Shown here piece by piece: positions 28,524-38,209 of a stretch of DNA of 64,000 nt (position 1 is the first letter of the stretch; each line of letters starts with the position of its first letter). This DNA is from a virus, in IMG/VR virus record IMGVR_UViG_3300028578_000003, positions 64,001 through 128,000 of that record, one strand, 5' to 3'. The notes below the pieces were generated by a model. The model saw only the letters and a list, made by a program, of their open reading frames with translations, had not been told where the DNA came from and did not search any database. The position numbers and the translations under genes are program-made.

Positions 28524-29387
28524 TCAGAAGACCCGGGCGGCCACCTCGTTGACGCCAGCGGCGACCTGCGGCCACCGGAAGTGCGCCATACCGGCGAGCG
28601 CGATCAGGCACCCGGCCAGCGAGCAGAACCTGATCAGGCCTTCCGGGTTGCCGGCCGCGCCGGTCTCGAATCGGCACCACCGCGCTGACTTGAAGGTGCG
28701 CCACCGCTTCCCGCCGATCTTGACCGGGAACGCTAGCGGCACGCCAGTGTTGGTCATCCGGTCGCCGAGGTTGTGGACCAGCGCGCCGCCGCCGATCGCC
28801 CAGCCGAGCCACCAGCCCGACGGTGCCGGCCACTTCAATTCGACCAGCCATGTCAGCTCGGCCAGGACGGCGGGGTTCACCTCTCCGGGAAGCAGGCCGA
28901 TCACGGGGCCGACGCCGGTGGTCAGTAGCGCGACGATCGCGGCGATCACGAACCGGCGACGTCGTCGAACCTTCAGTGCCCGCAACGCGGTCGCCGTAGC
29001 GAACGCGATCATCGCGGTGGGCGCCCAGACGCCACCGTACTGGCCGAGCACGCCGAACCCGACGAAGGACAGCACGCAGAACAGCACGGTGTGGGTGATC
29101 GTCCTATGGCCGTCGAGGTCGACGCGGTCCAGTGGGGTGCGGGTGGCGGCGTGCAGCCGCCGGCCGGCCCAGGCGACCAGGTCGGCGAGCCGGCGGGTGG
29201 GCCAGCCCAGCGACCGGGCGATGCTGGCGCTGGGGTGGTCGATGTCCGGCCAGATCGCCCCGAACGCGGCCAGCGGCGTGCCGACCACCACCTGGTAGAC
29301 ACCCGGGTCGTGACCGAACGCGGCCGCGGTGGCGCACCCGGCGAGCCAGGCCACGGCGCCGGTCGCCGCATGCGTCGCGCCCATCAC
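28524..29387 (-). CDS. Membrane metal-dependent hydrolase (YdjM/LexA-binding family)
   Basis: MGATHA, WPDIDHP, GHRTITH, HNLGDRMTNTGVPL. Confidence 0.9.
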   Translation of the reverse strand: MMGATHAATGAVAWLAGCATAAAFGHDPGVYQVVVGTPLAAFGAIWPDIDHPSASIARSLGWPTRRLADLVAWAGRRLHAATRTPLDRVDLDGHRTITHTVLFCVLSFVGFGVLGQYGGVWAPTAMIAFATATALRALKVRRRRRFVIAAIVALLTTGVGPVIGLLPGEVNPAVLAELTWLVELKWPAPSGWWLGWAIGGGALVHNLGDRMTNTGVPLAFPVKIGGKRWRTFKSARWCRFETGAAGNPEGLIRFCSLAGCLIALAGMAHFRWPQVAAGVNEVAARVF

Positions 29388-31303
29388 GAGCGGTCACCGA
29401 CCAGCCTGCCGGCGAGCGCTTCCCGGCTGGGTCGAGACGGCGGCGCCTCGAGTTGGGCCAGCGCCAGGTCGGCTTCGATGTCGGCGGCGTGCGCGCGGCT
29501 GCGTTCCGCGACCAAGGGGTCGGTTTGCTGCCACGTGCCGGCGGAGATGAGCTCGCCGCTGCCGGGCACCGGGTCCGGCATCGCGGCCTTGCGGGGGTCG
29601 ATGCCGTGGCTGCGCAGCAGCGCCTCGGCCATCTGCCGCACGCGTTTGGCGGCTTCGTCGGCGGAAGGCATGACGATGTCCGCGTCCGGGTCGGTGATCG
29701 GTTCGGCGATCCGCCGTTTCAGTTCGATGAGGTCGGCCATCGGCGGGTCGGATCCGCCGTTGGACATTGGGAAGAAGATCGACACGGGTTTCTTCTGACC
29801 CGGCCGGAAGATCCGGCCGCCGATCTGCTTGTGCCGGGCCGGCGACCAGCCCCACTCTCCGTAGACCATCGTGTTGCAGACCTCCTGCAACCCGTTCAGC
29901 CCGGACCCGGACTGCAATGCCAGCACGAACACCCGCGAGTCGCCGCGGGTGAACCGGTGTTTGGTCTCCGCTTTCTGCTTCTTGGACTGCTCGCCGGTGT
30001 AGAAGACCGGGTTGTACTCGGCCAGCTCGCGGCGCCAGATGTCGTAGACCTCGTGGTGGTGGCCGACCAGGACGACCTTCTCAGTGCCCTGCAGCAGGAT
30101 CTGCGTGAACCGCGCGACGTGCGGGGCCTTGGCCACCCCGGTGGCCTTGCGGATCTTCATGTCCAGTTGGCCGGACAGGCTCCACCGCTCCATGCGGTCG
30201 CCGTCGCCGACCACCTTCATGGCCATCGCGAGGATCGCGTCCATCTCCCGTTTGAGCACGTCGTGGTCGGTCTCAATCGGGTAGATCATCTGGGACAGTG
30301 GCGGCAGCTCGATGCCGACGTCTTCGAGCGTGCGGCGCAGCATGATGCCCTCTTCGCGCAGGAACTGACCGAGCGCGCGCGGGTCGGTGACCTTCTTACC
30401 GCCCCAGGTGTGGCGGAACTCGTCCTTGGTGCCCAGGGCGCCTTCGCTGAGCAGGTCGACCAGGTTCCACAACTCGTCGCCGTAGTTGTGCACGGGCGTG
30501 CCGGTGGCCAGGATCCGGTATTTTGCCGATCGGGCGACGTGCAGCGCGGCCTCGTGCTTGTGGGTGCCCTCGCCGGTGCGCAGCTCGTCGCCTTCGTCGA
30601 AGATCACGGTGCGGCGGGTGCCAGCCAGTTCGTCGGCCCAGCCGGTGAGCATGCCGTAGGTGGAGACCAGGACGTGTGGTTCCTGCCCGCGGCAGGAGCG
30701 GTGCTCGGCCACCGTGTAGGGGGCGCGCTGGCGCAGGATGTGGGTTCGGATCCACGGGAAGTACTTCGGCAGCTCCTCGTACGCCCACTGGTCGACCAGG
30801 TGGGTGGGTGCGACCACCAGGGCGGGCAACGCTTCCGGGTCGGTGAAGATGAGGCTTGTGGAGAGCGTTTTTCCCGCCCCGAGGTCGTCGCCGAGGATCA
30901 GGAAGCCGCGGGCCCGGACCATCGCCGGTACGACGAGCTGGTATTTGCGGGGTGTGATCGCCAGTTCCTGCTCGCCGACCAGTTCGGGGACCTGCCCGCC
31001 GAAGATCTGGTCCAAGGCCTGCTCGCCGTCGACGTGTCCGCCGGCGAGCTCGAGCAGGCGGGTGCGGGAGTCGTCGTCTATAGGGTGCAGCGGATACCGG
31101 TCGAGGAACCATTTCAGGTCGCGGGCGTTCGCCAGCGTCGCCGAGATGACCAGCTGACTGGTGTCGTCGGGGTTTTGCCGGTGGCCGGGAAACAGTCGCT
31201 TGAAGACCTGCCGTACGTGCGGCACCGCCGCCACCATGAACACGGGGGTCTTGCGGTTGTGGAACTTCTCGACGTAGGCGTACCCGCCGTACTCGCGGGC
31301 CAT
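29384..31303 (-). CDS. SNF2-family helicase
   Basis: DDLGAGKT, QW..EL, FDEGD, ATGTPVHN, GSGLNGLQ, WSPARHKQIGGRIFRPGQ. Confidence 0.92.
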   Translation of the reverse strand: MAREYGGYAYVEKFHNRKTPVFMVAAVPHVRQVFKRLFPGHRQNPDDTSQLVISATLANARDLKWFLDRYPLHPIDDDSRTRLLELAGGHVDGEQALDQIFGGQVPELVGEQELAITPRKYQLVVPAMVRARGFLILGDDLGAGKTLSTSLIFTDPEALPALVVAPTHLVDQWAYEELPKYFPWIRTHILRQRAPYTVAEHRSCRGQEPHVLVSTYGMLTGWADELAGTRRTVIFDEGDELRTGEGTHKHEAALHVARSAKYRILATGTPVHNYGDELWNLVDLLSEGALGTKDEFRHTWGGKKVTDPRALGQFLREEGIMLRRTLEDVGIELPPLSQMIYPIETDHDVLKREMDAILAMAMKVVGDGDRMERWSLSGQLDMKIRKATGVAKAPHVARFTQILLQGTEKVVLVGHHHEVYDIWRRELAEYNPVFYTGEQSKKQKAETKHRFTRGDSRVFVLALQSGSGLNGLQEVCNTMVYGEWGWSPARHKQIGGRIFRPGQKKPVSIFFPMSNGGSDPPMADLIELKRRIAEPITDPDADIVMPSADEAAKRVRQMAEALLRSHGIDPRKAAMPDPVPGSGELISAGTWQQTDPLVAERSRAHAADIEADLALAQLEAPPSRPSREALAGRLVGDRS

Positions 31304-31743
31304 CAGAACGAACCCCGGCGCAGCAGCACCAGCTCGAACGGTTTGCCGGCCAGCATTCGGCGCGCGCCGGCGCGGTGGCCGGGCGGGCAGTCCTCGGTGT
31401 GGGGGCTGATCTCGAACATGTGCTTGTACATGGTGGTGACGAGCAGCAGCGCGTCGATCTCGTCGTGTTCGGTGTAGCGGGTCAGCTGCCGGCGGACCGT
31501 GTGGGCTGGCCCCTGCACCTTGATCTCGATGCCGACCCGGATCGCGGGCCCGTCGGTGCGGGGCAGTTCGGTGGCCAGGTCGATGCGGTCTCGTTCGCTG
31601 AGCCGGACCTGTCGCCGCACGGTCAGGCCCATCTTGGTAAGGACCTCGTCGATGCCTCTCTCAAGCTCGGTCTCGTTGGCGTGCCTATATTCCTTATCGC
31701 GTAACGCGTTCCTCACGTCACGGACGGTGATCTCGTCGTCCAT
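31303..31743 (-). CDS. PD-(D/E)XK-like nuclease domain protein
   Basis: E..LE...RIDL...GIEIK...QLTRY. Confidence 0.7.
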   Translation of the reverse strand: MDDEITVRDVRNALRDKEYRHANETELERGIDEVLTKMGLTVRRQVRLSERDRIDLATELPRTDGPAIRVGIEIKVQGPAHTVRRQLTRYTEHDEIDALLLVTTMYKHMFEISPHTEDCPPGHRAGARRMLAGKPFELVLLRRGSF

Positions 31744-31839
31744 GCGGTGGCCTCCCGTGGTGCGGACGATCAGACGGAAAGGGCGGGAGCACGGCAGGCG
31801 GCGGGCCCGGGGTCGGCCGGGCCCGCCGCCTGCGACGGT

Positions 31840-32892
31840 TCAGGGCTTGCTTCGGGATCGCTCCAGCCGGGCGATCCCGGCCGGGGTGATCTTCAACAGT
31901 TGGTGCCCATCATCGTCGGGCTCCCCGACAATCTCGGCATATCCGTCCTCAACGGCGGCGGCCAGGCGCAAGTACATCTGCACCTGCGCGGCGGCGTCAT
32001 CGCCCGACCCCGCGTCCGTCCACGGCGTCTGCGACTCGGCGATGGTGAACCCGTCCGGACCGAGCCGGGCCGCGCCCGCGTCGATGATCGTTAGCGCGCC
32101 GCCCTCGGTCACCAACCCCTGGTCCGGGGGCAGGTTCGGTCGCATGGCGAGGCCGTCGCGCTGCTCCGGCTCCACGCCGTGCCGGCGGATCGCGGCGAGC
32201 ACCATGTAGCCGGCGGCGGTCAGCTGGTACACAGTCTCGGTCCACCCCGTTCCACCCGTGGAAAGCTCCGGCCGGCCGGCCTGGCGCGGCCGCGTCTGGC
32301 CGGCCTCGACCAGCCCCAGCCGGTCCCGGACCCGGCGTCGCTGCGGGCCCGAGAGCCGCTCCGCGTGGTGGCTGTCCCCCGGCTTCGTGAAGCGCATCTC
32401 GTTGATCGTGTCCGGGAAGCGGGAGTCGCCGGTGAGCAGGCCGCGCTCGGCGGCCAGGAGCACCTCGATGTCCTCGGCGCGCAGGTCGACGCCGGTCACG
32501 TCCTCCAGTCCGGTGTTGAGGGTGGCGGCGATCGCGGACGCCTCACGCCACGCGTCGGTCAGCTCGGCCTGGTTCTGCACGCGGGCGTCGTAGGCGCAGC
32601 TCTCGCGTAGCGCCTTGCCGGGCAGGATCCAGTCGCCGTCGGCCTCGCTGCCGCGGGGGCGCGGCGCGGCGTCCTGGCAGACGACGGCGACGCACGCCCC
32701 GCCCTCCTCCTCGATCGGGGCGAGGCCGTCGGACCCGTCGACCCGGGCGGTCGGGAACGGCTCGACCAGGTGGATTGGGCCCTCCCCGGCGACGACCTCA
32801 CCGACGGCGTAGTAGAGCACGGGATACCAGCGGTTCTTGTCGGGATAGTTGTAGGCGGTCTCTGCGGGCGAGTGCGCGGCGGGCTCAGGCAC
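31840..32892 (-). CDS. Hypothetical protein (two winged-helix-like ends)
   Basis: YQLTAAG and KITPAG motifs; overlaps upstream gene. Confidence 0.6.
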   Translation of the reverse strand: MPEPAAHSPAETAYNYPDKNRWYPVLYYAVGEVVAGEGPIHLVEPFPTARVDGSDGLAPIEEEGGACVAVVCQDAAPRPRGSEADGDWILPGKALRESCAYDARVQNQAELTDAWREASAIAATLNTGLEDVTGVDLRAEDIEVLLAAERGLLTGDSRFPDTINEMRFTKPGDSHHAERLSGPQRRRVRDRLGLVEAGQTRPRQAGRPELSTGGTGWTETVYQLTAAGYMVLAAIRRHGVEPEQRDGLAMRPNLPPDQGLVTEGGALTIIDAGAARLGPDGFTIAESQTPWTDAGSGDDAAAQVQMYLRLAAAVEDGYAEIVGEPDDDGHQLLKITPAGIARLERSRSKP

Positions 32893-33676
32893 CGATGCTC
32901 CTTTGGTCGGTCAGGTTTTCTGGCGGCACGGTCGGGGTGTTGGCGGCGGCGACCTCCTGCCGCGCCGCCCAGCAGTCGGGGCTGTATCCCTGCTCGAACC
33001 CGGGTGCGGCGGGGTCGAGGGGTTGGTCGCAGTCGGAGCACCGACGGCGGGTCTTGCCGTACAGGGCGGCGGCGGCCTCGACGTCGAGCGCGACCGCGCG
33101 CATCACCCCGCTGGCCTGCCAGCCGCGTAGCCGGTGGTAGTCCATGGGGGTGTCGCCGGTGATCCGGTCGACGCGGCGGCCGCCGCCGGGCAGGGTGAAG
33201 ATCCGGTAGCAGTGCGGCTGGCGGTCCTTGCCGGTCAGGGCGAAGAAGCCATCGGGTGCGGCGTCGGTGGTGCGGCGCGCGCCGTCCGGGGCGACGAACG
33301 TGCGTAGGGCGGCGCGGTGTAGGTCGGCGAGCGTGTTCCGCGCCTCGTCGTGCGTCATGGTGCCGGCGGCGAGGCGGTCCAGCCACATGTTCGCCAGATG
33401 GCCGGGCACGAGCCGGGTCCGGATCAGCCCGCGTATCGCGTGGGTTTGGTCGGTTGTGGCGTAGGTGGGATGGTCGGTCTTGTCCGCCAGGCCGCGTAGG
33501 TAGATCAGGGCGGCGTTGGCCCGGCCGCGGCTGAGTCCCCCGGCTTGGCAGATGTCGCGGTAGAACCTGCTCACCCACTCGTCGGTGACCGTCTTCGACC
33601 TGATCAGCGCGCGCAGTTCGGCGCGCTGATCAGGGGTGGCGTCGCCGCGTGTCCGCGCTTCGTCAGCGGTCAGCAA
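32885..33676 (-). CDS. DUF6011-like zinc-finger protein
   Basis: AT.DQ...L repeats; PDGFFA; YG....CSDCDQPLD...GYSPDC. Confidence 0.7.
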   Translation of the reverse strand: MLTADEARTRGDATPDQRAELRALIRSKTVTDEWVSRFYRDICQAGGLSRGRANAALIYLRGLADKTDHPTYATTDQTHAIRGLIRTRLVPGHLANMWLDRLAAGTMTHDEARNTLADLHRAALRTFVAPDGARRTTDAAPDGFFALTGKDRQPHCYRIFTLPGGGRRVDRITGDTPMDYHRLRGWQASGVMRAVALDVEAAAALYGKTRRRCSDCDQPLDPAAPGFEQGYSPDCWAARQEVAAANTPTVPPENLTDQRSIGA

Positions 33677-33708
33677 CGGCGATCACCTCTCTCAGAACCG
33701 GAACCTTC

Positions 33709-33745
33709 ACGTTACCCCGACCCCCCGTAATTCCGCTACACCGTG
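33709..33745 (-). promoter_or_regulatory. Element-specific promoter CACGGTG-N24-TAACGT
   Basis: TACGTCACGGTG...GGGGTAACGTG, same ends as the 44347/45294 copies. Confidence 0.75.
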
Positions 33746-33807
33746 ACGTACAAAAAAGGGCGGGTGTCACCTGTCGTGACACCCGCCCTCAAGAAACCCG
33801 CACCCGC

Positions 33808-34308
33808 CTATCCGGCGCGGCCCGCGTGTACACGCGGCCGCCGCAGCGACGGCAGCGACTTGCGCCACGCCCAGGCGGCGTGCCCGTCCAGGGCGGCGCC
33901 CACCAGGAACCCGACCCCCACCCACGGCATCAGCCAGTGCGTGTGCGCGTCGTCGCCGACCCACCGGCCGGCTATCAGCGTGACGGCCACACCGAGGTCG
34001 AAGGCCAACGCGCCGAGGAAGCTGAACGCGACGAACATCTTGCGACGCTGTACCAGCTGCATCCCCGACCGACGCAGGATGATCATCACGGCGGCGTCGT
34101 AGGCCACCACCGCGGCCAGGGCGACGGACGCGAAGGGCAGCCACCACCAGTCGTCCACCACCAGCCAGTGAACCAACGCGACCGCCGCCGCGACCGTGAG
34201 CAGGACGTCCAACGCGATCTGGTACCAGTAGCTGCGCCGCGTCGCCGCCCGCAGCTGCTTCCACCGCGCTCGCTCCGCCGAGCGGGCCTCCGTCGTCGTG
34301 TCGGTCAC
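33808..34308 (-). CDS. Multi-TM membrane protein
   Basis: Four hydrophobic segments; GGAGG RBS. Confidence 0.65.
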   Translation of the reverse strand: MTDTTTEARSAERARWKQLRAATRRSYWYQIALDVLLTVAAAVALVHWLVVDDWWWLPFASVALAAVVAYDAAVMIILRRSGMQLVQRRKMFVAFSFLGALAFDLGVAVTLIAGRWVGDDAHTHWLMPWVGVGFLVGAALDGHAAWAWRKSLPSLRRPRVHAGRAG

Positions 34309-34490
34309 TTCGCCTCCGGGGTTTCGTGCGGTCGGGTGGGCCGGCGCCCCCATGACAGGTCCGCCGGGTCATGGTTGGTGCCGGCGTCGGCGCGGGGAGC
34401 CGGCGCGGCGGCGATGACGGTCGTGCCGTCGGGGAACCGTGGGCGGTCGTCGGCGTCGAGGAAGACCCCGCCGTGGTTGTTGTGCATCAC
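34305..34490 (-). CDS. Small hypothetical protein
   Basis: Overlaps neighbours by 4 nt on both sides; GGAGG RBS. Confidence 0.5.
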   Translation of the reverse strand: MMHNNHGGVFLDADDRPRFPDGTTVIAAAPAPRADAGTNHDPADLSWGRRPTRPHETPEAK

Positions 34491-34948
34491 GACCTCCGCG
34501 CGGCTGCCGTCATCGCCGCCTTAAACTCCGGCGTAAGCCCCGGCGCCCGGCCGGCGGCCACGACGCCCATGAGCTCGGCGAGCGACGAGTCGGTGGGGGC
34601 CGGAGCGTTCAGCGCGGCAGCCTCGTCGACGAGCACGGCCCGGCCGGCGGCCACCAGCTCGGCGAGCGGCAGCTCGGTGCGGGCCAGGGCGGTCAGGTTG
34701 GTCACCTCGTCGACGAGCACGACGGTAGTGACCGGCGTCGGGTCGTCCAGCTGGTCACGGACCGGCCGGCGGGCGATCAAGCCGAACAGCAGCGCGAGCG
34801 CCACCAGCACGATCGTGGTGACCGTGACCGTGTGGATGAACGTGTTGACCTGGGGGCCGGGGACGAATGGTGTCGCCGCCGCCGGCAGGACAGCGGCGAC
34901 CATGCATCCGATGGCGAGTCGGGATGGAACACGTCTCGATCTGTGCAT
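34487..34948 (-). CDS. Membrane protein
   Basis: Two TMs; GAGGAG RBS. Confidence 0.6.
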   Translation of the reverse strand: MHRSRRVPSRLAIGCMVAAVLPAAATPFVPGPQVNTFIHTVTVTTIVLVALALLFGLIARRPVRDQLDDPTPVTTVVLVDEVTNLTALARTELPLAELVAAGRAVLVDEAAALNAPAPTDSSLAELMGVVAAGRAPGLTPEFKAAMTAAARRS

Positions 34949-35156
34949 GAGGCTTGGGCTCCTCACAACGGGGGCGGATGTGCTTTCCTGGGGGTGGGAG
35001 GGCCCCTTCGAGAGGTCTAGAGAGGCGACGGTCCCTTGGCAAGCGGCGCCAATCCGACGTCTTCCTCTGCAGAGCCCTCCCCTCGGCCGGGCGGTCAACT
35101 TGGGCTGTGGACCGCCCGGTCGTTGACGTGAACAGGGGACTACTGACAGGTACCCT

Positions 35157-35192
35157 ACGCTACACCGGCCCCCGAAATGGCACAACACGGTG
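35157..35192 (-). promoter_or_regulatory. Promoter CACCGTG-N23-TAGCGT
   Basis: Repeated motif upstream of 34948 operon. Confidence 0.55.
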
Positions 35193-35290
35193 AAGCGGAT
35201 TTAATCGGGGCTCCTGGGAAGCCGAACGGCGGGTCACCGGTCTCCCGGTGCCCGCCGCCTTCACACTCCGCCCGCCGCGGTCCCGACCCG

Positions 35291-36277
35291 TCAGGCCGCC
35301 TGGCTCATCGTGAACAACGCCTTCATCCCATCCAGCCAGGCATCCAACGCGGCGGCCACGACCTCGTACGTCTGGGAACCCACCGACAACCGGTAATGAC
35401 GGTTCCACCGCGCCTGATTCGGCGAAGGATCATCGAGATACCCGAGCCACCCGCGCCGCTCCGCCTCCACGATCCGCCGTAGCCGAGCCAGCCCCGGCAT
35501 CTCCGGCAGGTCGACCGGCTCCGCGTCACCCTCAGCGGACACGCACGCCGCTCCACCGGCACTCACCGACCACCGCAACCCAAACGCGGCGATCATCCGG
35601 TCGGCCAGCTCGGAACCCAGGTAGTCGCCGAAACTCAGTGCCCCGACGACCGTCTTCTTCGCCTTGCCGACCACGTCGGCCAACTCCTGCGTCGACGTAG
35701 GCCACTCCGGCTTGCGTGGCTTGCCGTGCATCAGGCCGAGGATCACCATCCGGCACTGGTCGTCCCGACCGGACTGCTCGAACAGGTCGCGAATCAGCGT
35801 GATCCGGTCCATGGCCCCGGGCTCGTCGGACCCGCACGGGATCCAGCCGGTCACCGGCAACTCGTCATTCCCGCGGTCAGCCTCGGTGGCCTCACGCACG
35901 AACGCCCTAACGTGGTCCTGGCCCAGGCCGTCGCGCGCCGCGACGTACCCCGCGCACCAATCCACGACCCGGTCGGCGGGCAGCTGCTCGACCCGGTCAC
36001 CGAACCGCAGGACATGGGTGCCGTCCTCGCGTACCTCGACCAGCCGCGCCGCACCCACCGTAGCCACGGCCCGAAGCCGGGCCACGACATCGGCGACATC
36101 GGCGCGCGCCAGCTCACGATGCTGGCCGGCGACCTCCACCTCGTACCGACCGCCCGTCATGGAGCCGTGGTAGTGGAGCAGCCCATCCCGCTGCGCACCC
36201 TTCAGGGCGCTGACCGGGTCGTCGGCATCTGCGGCCACGGCGACACGCTCCTCTGGCTCGGCAACCGTGAGGGTCAC
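35291..36277 (-). CDS. Hypothetical protein with XRE-like HTH and repeated small domains
   Basis: STQELADVVGKAKKTVVGAL...ELADRMIAAFGL. Confidence 0.6.
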   Translation of the reverse strand: MTLTVAEPEERVAVAADADDPVSALKGAQRDGLLHYHGSMTGGRYEVEVAGQHRELARADVADVVARLRAVATVGAARLVEVREDGTHVLRFGDRVEQLPADRVVDWCAGYVAARDGLGQDHVRAFVREATEADRGNDELPVTGWIPCGSDEPGAMDRITLIRDLFEQSGRDDQCRMVILGLMHGKPRKPEWPTSTQELADVVGKAKKTVVGALSFGDYLGSELADRMIAAFGLRWSVSAGGAACVSAEGDAEPVDLPEMPGLARLRRIVEAERRGWLGYLDDPSPNQARWNRHYRLSVGSQTYEVVAAALDAWLDGMKALFTMSQAA

Positions 36278-36343
36278 GGTCCCCCCTGTCCATTCTCGAC
36301 GAAAGCCGGCACCCTGAGCGAGGCCACGGCGGTAATCCCATGG

Positions 36344-36380
36344 ATGCTACGCCGCACCCCCGAAAGTAATCAACGCGCTG
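36344..36380 (-). promoter_or_regulatory. Promoter, degenerate copy CAGCGCG-TTGATT-N18-TAGCAT
   Basis: Closely similar to the 39388-39424 copy. Confidence 0.55.
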
Positions 36381-36479
36381 GAGCCGACTTTCGGTCGTCC
36401 GGTGGCAGGTGAGGGCCCCCGGCGGTCCCCGGTGCACGCGTGACGCCCTCCGCTGCGCCACGTCCAGCCCTCCTGCACG

Positions 36480-37760
36480 TCACGCCGCCGTCACCCGCGC
36501 GCCGGCGTTTCGGCGGTCGAGCACCACGCCGAGCTCGTCGAGCGTCTGGGCGGCCGTGCCGTAGTCCGCGTTGACCTTCGCGACGTAGGAGGCGTACTCG
36601 TCGGGTCGGCATCGGGGGCATGGGATCCCGCCCACCTCACCGGCCATGACCTTTCCTGCGTAGCAATCCCCACACGGCGCCGACGGTCGCCTAGCCGCCG
36701 GCGGTTCTTGCCGCGGCGGCGGCGGGTCAATGCGGGGCGGTATCGCGACGGCTTCCTCCAACCGCGACTTGAGTACCGCGTAGACGGAACGTGCTCCGGT
36801 CAGCGCGTCGCGGCTGACAAACAACACAAGTGCGCGGCGACCCCAACCGGCTGACAAAGACGCCGCTACCAGACGAGCCAACGTAATCGCTTTCTTGCCT
36901 CGTTCGCGTCGGCCCTCCCTGACATTTAATGCGTCGTAAATGTCGTCCAGGGTGTCGGGGGCGGCGGCGAGCGCGGCGGTATCAACGTCGAGCGGCGGAA
37001 GCCCCGCCGTGGCGTTGGGGGTAGGGGGAGGAATCTTATTTACCTCCTCCCCCTCCTTAAGTTCGGGTGTCACAGTGACACCCCGTGGCTCCACGGGGTG
37101 TCCACCTGACACCCCGTCCTGAGCGACGGGGTGTCTGTGTGACACCCCGTCCGAAACGGGGTGTCTGTGTGACACCCCGTCCACGGGGTGTCTGTGTGAC
37201 ACCCCGTCCCGAGTGACGGGGTGTCCACCTGACACCCCTGTGGACAACCCGGGGTGAGGCTCATCGATATCCACAGGGCGGTCCTCCGCAGCCTCCAGGA
37301 TCGACGCCAACTCCAGCGGCGGACGGTGTAGGTGTGCCAACTTCCGATAATCGCGCGGTAGGGAAAGGTCAGCACACTGGGCGCATTCCTCCCGGGGGGT
37401 AGGCACGATTAGCGGCAGCCGCAATAGCTCCCGCTCCTCGTTGACGCGCTTAATGTTCGGAAACCATGCGTAGGGAATCAGCAAATCCCAGACGCGTGGC
37501 TGCTGATCTGCGCGTACGCCGAGCCGGCTGGGTAGCGTCTGGTCGCCGGGCGCGATTAGGCCGCGCCCCTCTAGGGCGCGCCATGACCGGATCACCGTGG
37601 ATTCCGATGCCCCTGTGTTCGCGACCAGCGTTTTCTTCGCCAGGAACGAGCCGGTCCCCACTTCGCATGCCGGCCGTGCCATCCGGGTCAGGATCGCCCG
37701 CTCGGCCGGGTTCTTGGTCGGGGCGTCCAGGCAGGCCCACTGCACACCGGAGTCGCTCAT
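36480..37760 (-). CDS. Replication initiator protein (N-terminal HTH_36-like wHTH, internal iterons, C-terminal Zn ribbon)
   Basis: VQWA...ERAILTRMA...KKTLVANTGASESTVIRSWRALEGRGLI; GVSHRHPV repeats; CGDC...CPRC. Confidence 0.78.
   Translation of the reverse strand: MSDSGVQWACLDAPTKNPAERAILTRMARPACEVGTGSFLAKKTLVANTGASESTVIRSWRALEGRGLIAPGDQTLPSRLGVRADQQPRVWDLLIPYAWFPNIKRVNEERELLRLPLIVPTPREECAQCADLSLPRDYRKLAHLHRPPLELASILEAAEDRPVDIDEPHPGLSTGVSGGHPVTRDGVSHRHPVDGVSHRHPVSDGVSHRHPVAQDGVSGGHPVEPRGVTVTPELKEGEEVNKIPPPTPNATAGLPPLDVDTAALAAAPDTLDDIYDALNVREGRRERGKKAITLARLVAASLSAGWGRRALVLFVSRDALTGARSVYAVLKSRLEEAVAIPPRIDPPPPRQEPPAARRPSAPCGDCYAGKVMAGEVGGIPCPRCRPDEYASYVAKVNADYGTAAQTLDELGVVLDRRNAGARVTAA
37064..37240. 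repeat. Six palindromic iterons ACGGGGTGTC-N5-GACACCCCGT (putative origin of replication)
   Basis: Units at ~37064-37086, 37093-37117, 37126-37150, 37156-37180, 37183-37207, 37216-37240. Confidence 0.9.
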
Positions 37761-38169
37761 ACTGGCGCCTCCATGCCGGGCAGGAAGGGGGTCCGCTCCG
37801 CGGGCCAGTGGAAGCGGCCATCAGGCAGGCGGGCCGCTCCTGGTGGATCCGGCCAGTCGGACCGTGTCCGGCTGGGTGAGTATGTGGGGGCGCTCATCGG
37901 TGCTCCTTGGGTACTTCCCCGAGACACACGGCGCAGGGCTGCATGGTCCGGGGGGAAATTGTCGGCCCCCCCGGGTATCATTGCCCTCGCCTCTGCACCC
38001 GAGGCACACAACTGGATAGCTGGATCGAGGTCCGTTGCTCGCACTGCGGGGTCAGCAGCTCCCACTGCTTTCCCGGCCGGCCTCACCTCCGCTGCTGTTC
38101 GTGGGTTGTGTGTGACCTTCAGACGGTTTGTTACGGCGCTTGACATACGCGCCAACCTCGGGGACACAT

Positions 38170-38209
38170 AGCTGGGCTCCGCCTCTGGCGGGGCCCAGCT
38201 TGGTTTTCT
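38170..38209 (+). terminator. Plus-strand terminator antisense to the rep leader
   Basis: AGCTGGGCTCCGCC-tct-GGCGGGGCCCAGCT then TGGTTTTCT; G-U pair only on + strand. Confidence 0.6.

Noticed and set aside
37064-37240. CRISPR-like array of 25-bp palindromic repeats
   Set aside because: Spacers are only 2-8 nt, the array is in frame within a rep ORF, and no cas genes are present; iterons fit better
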